DNA from: an uncultured Lachnospira sp.
Lineage (GTDB): Bacteria > Bacillota > Clostridia > Lachnospirales > Lachnospiraceae
Assembly: GCA_910589305.1 (NCBI GenBank)
Contig: CAJUTV010000004.1
Span: forward strand, 136,299 to 200,298
Direction: 5' to 3'
Length of the DNA: 64,000 nt
A model generated the notes under the pieces. That model saw only the letters and a list, made by a program, of their open reading frames with translations. It ran no database searches and was not told the DNA's origin. Position 1 is the stretch's first letter. Each line of letters starts with the position of its first letter. The position numbers and the translations under genes are program-made. Positions 59,294 to 64,000 of this stretch are shown here, in pieces.

Positions 59294-61711
59294 ATGGCAG
59301 CAGCTTACAATCATAAAGTAGTTGAAAAAAAATGGAGAGGGAATTGGGAGGCGCATCCAATTAATGTAAATGATGGAAAGAAGCCAAAGTATTATTGTTT
59401 GGATATGTTTCCATATCCTTCTGGCAATGGACTTCATGTAGGGCATTGGAGAGGTTATGTTATCAGTGATGTATGGAGCCGATATAAAATGATGCATGGA
59501 TATTATGTTATTCACCCAATGGGGTGGGATGCATTTGGACTTCCAGCAGAAAATTATGCAATTAAAAACGGCGTACATCCAAGAGTATCAACACAGCAAA
59601 ATGTAACCAATATTAAAAGACAAATACAAGATATCTCAGCGGTTTATGATTGGGATATGGAGGTTAATACAACAGACCCATCTTTTTATAAGTGGACACA
59701 ATGGATATTTGTTCAAATGTTTAATAAGGGACTAGCATATGAGAAAGAGATGCCAATTAACTGGTGTCCTTCATGTAAGACGGGACTTGCCAATGAAGAG
59801 GTTGTCAATGGATGTTGTGAACGCTGCCATTCAGAGGTGACAAAAAAGAACCTGAAGCAGTGGATGCTTAAAATTACAGCTTATGCAGACCGCCTTTTAG
59901 AAGACCTTGACAAGCTGGACTGGCCTGAGAAAGTAAAGAAGATGCAAAGTGATTGGATTGGTCGTTCTTATGGTGCAGAGGTTGATTTTAAAGTGGATGG
60001 CAAAGAGGAGAGTATAACGGTATATACAACACGACCAGACACATTGCATGGCGCTACATTTATGGTATTAGCACCAGAACATGCACTTGCAAAAGAACTT
60101 GCCACACCAGAGACACAAAAAGATGTGGAGGATTATATTTACAGGGCATCAACTCGTTCTAATGTAGACCGTATGCAGGATAAAGAAAAAACAGGTGTAT
60201 TTACAGGTTCTTATGCAGTGAATCCATTAAATGGCAAAAAAGTGCCTATCTGGCTTTCTGATTATGTTCTTGCTGATTATGGCACAGGTGCAATTATGTG
60301 TGTTCCTGCACATGATGACAGAGACTTTGAATTTGCTAAAAAGTTTAACCTTCCAATTATACAGGTTATTGCAAAAGATGGAAAAGAAATCGAAAATATG
60401 GAAGTCGCTTATACAGAAGCAGCAGGAACAATGATTAACTCTGGCGATTGGAATGGTATGGAGTCGTCTGTTCTTAAAAAAGAAGCACCTGCTATGATTG
60501 AAAAAATGGGCGTTGGCAAGAAAAAAGTCAATTATAAGCTTCGTGATTGGGTATTTTCAAGACAACGATACTGGGGTGAGCCAATTCCAATTGTTCATTG
60601 TGATGACTGTGGCTGTGTGGCCGTTCCAGAAGACCAGCTTCCTGTACTGCTTCCAGATGTTGATAAATATGAGCCTACTGGAACGGGCGAATCACCGCTT
60701 GCAGCCATTGATGAATGGGTTCATACAACTTGTCCGAAATGCGGCAAGCCAGCAAGGAGAGAAACCAATACGATGCCACAGTGGGCAGGTTCTTCATGGT
60801 ATTTTTTAAGATATGTGGATAATAAAAATGATAAGCAGCTTGTCAGTCCGCAAAAGGCAAATGAGTACCTTCCTGTTGATATGTATATAGGCGGAGTGGA
60901 ACATGCCGTTCTTCATTTACTGTATTCAAGATTTTATACAAAGTTTTTAAATGATATTGGCGCCGTTGATTTTGATGAACCATTTACAAAGTTATTTAAT
61001 CAAGGCATGATTACAGGTAAAAATGGTGTGAAAATGAGTAAGTCTATGGGAAATGTCGTTTCACCAGATGACCTTATTGAAGATTATGGCTGTGATGCGC
61101 TTAGAATGTATGAGCTTTTTGTGGGACCGCCTGAGATGGATGCAGAGTGGGACGACAGAGGAATTGATGGAGTACGCAGATTTTTGACGCGTTTTTACAA
61201 TCTAGTATCGGATAGTGCCAGCAAAAATGTTGCTCCAACGGATGAATTGATAAAAATCAGAAATAAAATGGTTTATGATATTACAACAAGAATTGATAAT
61301 TTTAGCTTAAATACCGTTGTGAGCGGATTTATGGAATACACCAATAAGTTGTTGGATATTGCAAAAAATATAGGCGGTATTGACAAGGATACATGCAATG
61401 TGATTGTTACGCTTCTTGCTCCATTTGCTCCGCATATGGCAGAAGAACTTTGGGAACTGCTTGGACATAACAAAAGTATATTTATAGAAAATTCATGGCC
61501 AACATATGATGAGGAGGCTATGAAGGAAGATACGGTTGAAATTGCAGTTCAGGTAAATGGCAAAGTAAAAGGAAAAGTAACCATTGCCGTTGATGCAGAT
61601 AAAAATGTAGCAATGGAAAAGGCAAAAGCGGCATTGGGAGAGAAATGTCCAAGTACTATTGTTAAGGAAATTTATGTTCTGGGAAAAATTATTAATATTG
61701 TTGGAAAATAA
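59294..61711 (+). CDS. leuS: Leucine--tRNA ligase
   Basis: MFPYPSG, HVGH, GTGAIM, DWVFSRQRYWG, KMSKS, VQVNGK. Confidence 0.97.
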   Translation: MAAAYNHKVVEKKWRGNWEAHPINVNDGKKPKYYCLDMFPYPSGNGLHVGHWRGYVISDVWSRYKMMHGYYVIHPMGWDAFGLPAENYAIKNGVHPRVSTQQNVTNIKRQIQDISAVYDWDMEVNTTDPSFYKWTQWIFVQMFNKGLAYEKEMPINWCPSCKTGLANEEVVNGCCERCHSEVTKKNLKQWMLKITAYADRLLEDLDKLDWPEKVKKMQSDWIGRSYGAEVDFKVDGKEESITVYTTRPDTLHGATFMVLAPEHALAKELATPETQKDVEDYIYRASTRSNVDRMQDKEKTGVFTGSYAVNPLNGKKVPIWLSDYVLADYGTGAIMCVPAHDDRDFEFAKKFNLPIIQVIAKDGKEIENMEVAYTEAAGTMINSGDWNGMESSVLKKEAPAMIEKMGVGKKKVNYKLRDWVFSRQRYWGEPIPIVHCDDCGCVAVPEDQLPVLLPDVDKYEPTGTGESPLAAIDEWVHTTCPKCGKPARRETNTMPQWAGSSWYFLRYVDNKNDKQLVSPQKANEYLPVDMYIGGVEHAVLHLLYSRFYTKFLNDIGAVDFDEPFTKLFNQGMITGKNGVKMSKSMGNVVSPDDLIEDYGCDALRMYELFVGPPEMDAEWDDRGIDGVRRFLTRFYNLVSDSASKNVAPTDELIKIRNKMVYDITTRIDNFSLNTVVSGFMEYTNKLLDIAKNIGGIDKDTCNVIVTLLAPFAPHMAEELWELLGHNKSIFIENSWPTYDEEAMKEDTVEIAVQVNGKVKGKVTIAVDADKNVAMEKAKAALGEKCPSTIVKEIYVLGKIINIVGK

Positions 61712-61863
61712 GTTGCCAAAAATGGTTTTAGAGGGCGAGTTTTCAAGAGAATATTGTTAATATTATTGGAAGATAATAGGATAAGATATAAAAAAATAAT
61801 AAATAATTGAGTATGTAAAAAATAAATAGCTTGGAGATAATCGTTATTATAAGCAGGTGATGG

Positions 61864-61900
61864 ATAGCGTGGGGAATGAAAACAGCACCCACGCTATTAT
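61864..61900 (+). terminator. Hairpin after leuS (probable terminator)
   Basis: atagcgtggg...cccacgctat. Confidence 0.5.
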
Positions 61901-62023
61901 AATAAGTGTGTGATGGTAGAATGATATAGGATATGATAAAAGAATAAAAAATAGTATTTACATGATAAAAATAGTTATGATATAATTAATGGGAATAGTT
62001 TATAGGAAAGAGATATTGTATTT

Positions 62024-62536
62024 ATGGATAAAAAAGATGAATATGCAGAAATACTGCTTAATGCTTATAATGAGGGAATATTTAAAATACTTTGGAATAC
62101 ATCAAGTTTTTCAATTGGAGTTGACCATAGAAGAAAAGATATGTTTCCTGAATTAAAAGATGAAAAATTTAAAAAATATATATTATACATTATAAGTATA
62201 ATTAGAAAAATGGCAGAAGATAAAGAAATCGAAAATCTCCCAGAAGATGATTTGAAAGTAGCAAAGGAGATTTATGCGCAAGAAAAGGATTTAAAAAATC
62301 ATCTCTATATAAAAAAGAATAGTAAAATAAATTGTTTTAGATTTTTAAGAACACAAATTATAAGTTATAGAAATGAAGAAAATCCTAAAGAGATAGAGGC
62401 AAATTCAGCGATAATAAAGATGATAATGGAAAATGATGATGATGATGAATCTTGTACATTTGAAGTTTCCAGACGAGATTTAGGAGATATTATAGAACAA
62501 TTGATGGAACTAAAAGAAAAAATGGATAATATATAA
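62024..62536 (+). CDS. Hypothetical protein with COMM-domain-like C-terminus
   Basis: 170-aa ORF with promoter (TTTACA..TGnTATAAT); helical N-terminus then three strands and a long helix (TFEVSRRDLGDIIEQL). Confidence 0.6.
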   Translation: MDKKDEYAEILLNAYNEGIFKILWNTSSFSIGVDHRRKDMFPELKDEKFKKYILYIISIIRKMAEDKEIENLPEDDLKVAKEIYAQEKDLKNHLYIKKNSKINCFRFLRTQIISYRNEENPKEIEANSAIIKMIMENDDDDESCTFEVSRRDLGDIIEQLMELKEKMDNI

Positions 62537-62550
62537 AAGGAGGAAGAAAA

Positions 62551-62967
62551 ATGACAGAACTTTTGGACAAAGATTTTGAGATGATTTTTCCTGAAACATT
62601 GCAACATACATATAATATTAAAAATCAATATGAATTTGGTTTAAATAAAAAATATAAGACATATAATGAGGATATGGAAAATGATATTGTATTTTTAAAT
62701 CATAATTATGAAAATTATCAAGAAATTGAACGATATTTTAATAAAATAGCAAAAAAATTTGATGCCATTCAGATTGATAAAAAAAAATTAAGTGGTATGC
62801 CAGTAATAAAGGATACTAGAATACCAGTTAGTTTAGTTGCTGCCTGTTTAAAAGATGAAATGACAATTCAGGATATCTGTGAGGAATATAGGTTGACAAA
62901 GCAAGATGTAGAGACGGCTATGGAGTATGTGATTGAAATTTTGGATGTTCCCTATCAGGAAGGTTAA
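62551..62967 (+). CDS. DUF433 domain antitoxin-like protein with N-terminal extension
   Basis: IDKKKLSGMPVIKDTRIPV..MTIQDICEEY.LTKQDVETAMEY. Confidence 0.88.
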   Translation: MTELLDKDFEMIFPETLQHTYNIKNQYEFGLNKKYKTYNEDMENDIVFLNHNYENYQEIERYFNKIAKKFDAIQIDKKKLSGMPVIKDTRIPVSLVAACLKDEMTIQDICEEYRLTKQDVETAMEYVIEILDVPYQEG

Positions 62968-62968
62968 A

Positions 62969-63379
62969 ATGAAGATACTATTAGATGAAAATATTACTCA
63001 AAAATCAATACCTATTTTACAAAAATATAAACATGATGTTATTCATATATTGGATAGATGTAATGCAGGACAAAGTGATAAGCGTGTGTTTCAACTAGCT
63101 TTAAAAGAACAACGAGTTTTGATTACATTGAATGGAAAAGATTTTATTGTTTTTATTCCACCTCAAACAGATTTAGGGTTGCATTATGGATTGATTTGGA
63201 TTAGAAAATTTCAGGTTACAAATAAAAATTATGAAGAAGTAATGAATATAATAGGGGATTTTTTAAGAAGTAAGGGCAATAGCATAGAAAATATATATTA
63301 TGCTATGAAGAAAAAGGGTGATTCTTATGAAATTATCCAACAATACCCTCGAAGTACAAAAATGTTCATTCAACTTTAA
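62969..63379 (+). CDS. DUF5615 family PIN-like toxin
   Basis: MKILLDENI, HDVIHI, SDKRV, RVLITLNGKDF; directly follows DUF433. Confidence 0.85.
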   Translation: MKILLDENITQKSIPILQKYKHDVIHILDRCNAGQSDKRVFQLALKEQRVLITLNGKDFIVFIPPQTDLGLHYGLIWIRKFQVTNKNYEEVMNIIGDFLRSKGNSIENIYYAMKKKGDSYEIIQQYPRSTKMFIQL

Positions 63380-63403
63380 ATAAGTACTAGTGTAGGAATA
63401 ATA

Positions 63404-63673
63404 ATGAAATATTTTATAATATATATAATAATAATAAATATCATAGCATTTATCATGTATGGAAGCGATAAAAGAAAGGCAATTCAAGGTTCTTTTAGAA
63501 CGCCGGAAAAAGTCCTAATAGGGGTGGCAATAATAGGAGGTTCGGTGGGAGCATATGCAGGGATGCATATGTTCCACCATAAAACAAAACATGCAAAGTT
63601 TTTTATCGGTGTTCCATTAATAATAATAGTTCAGGTAATATCTTTTTTTCTTGTTCTGAAAGCTCATCTTTGA
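63404..63673 (+). CDS. DUF1294 family membrane protein
   Basis: INIIAFIMYGSDKRKA..RTPEK..GGSVGA..FHHKTKH. Confidence 0.9.
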   Translation: MKYFIIYIIIINIIAFIMYGSDKRKAIQGSFRTPEKVLIGVAIIGGSVGAYAGMHMFHHKTKHAKFFIGVPLIIIVQVISFFLVLKAHL

Positions 63674-63842
63674 CTTGGTCTATAATAAGCAACATGTCTT
63701 CTTTTGTAAAGGAGATGCCTGCCTGTTTTGCTTTGCTGCTTATAGCAAGCATGAGAGGCAGGATTTCATCTTTATTTTTGCCTTTTGACATAGACTTAAA
63801 TTCATTAATAAGAAGCTGCTTTCTAAAATCTAATTCACTCAC
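63603..63842 (-). CDS. Small hypothetical protein
   Basis: GTG start after GAAAGAGG; helical, charged 79-aa ORF. Confidence 0.55.
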   Translation of the reverse strand: MSELDFRKQLLINEFKSMSKGKNKDEILPLMLAISSKAKQAGISFTKEDMLLIIDQVKDELSEQEKKILPELLLLMEHR

Positions 63843-64000
63843 ATTAACCTCTTTCTTGTGTGTAATCACACGATTTATTTTATGAAGTTGAACCTTATTT
63901 TGTTTTTAAGAAATAATAATTTAAGAACAGTGTACAATTTTTATTAAGCTTTGCAAGAAACTATAATTTAACAGTATGTTTGTTATACAAACTTGTAAGA

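Overview
Low-GC chromosomal segment of a spore-forming anaerobic Firmicute, most consistent with Lachnospiraceae/Clostridiales (inferred from gene content and order). Housekeeping blocks: purE-purM-purN-purD, hisS, tig-clpP-clpX-engB (no lon), rho-rpmE-DUF1385-prmC-prfA, tyrA and leuS. Other genes include a clpS-clpA-aat N-degron operon, a group B-type [FeFe]-hydrogenase, a Na+-type membrane pyrophosphatase, a SASP, an HD-GYP protein and various hydrolases. I see no rRNA, tRNA, CRISPR array, integrase or intact transposase. Most notable signals: (1) an AT-rich three-gene module after leuS, where a protein with a COMM-domain-like C-terminus precedes a DUF433/DUF5615-PIN toxin-antitoxin pair; (2) a type I toxin-antitoxin locus missed by the ORF track (32-aa peptide, 5'-3' mRNA pairing, antisense promoter); (3) a MotB-less MotA, a MotA lacking its cytoplasmic domain and a membrane-anchored LuxR regulator, surrounded by about nine GTAGTATA boxes; (4) a dispersed, modular, TTAAC-bounded hairpin element with about nine copies or remnants, one nested inside another palindrome; (5) two families of shared pre-Shine-Dalgarno leader motifs in front of unrelated genes. 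All family assignments come from visual motif recognition; no database searches were run.
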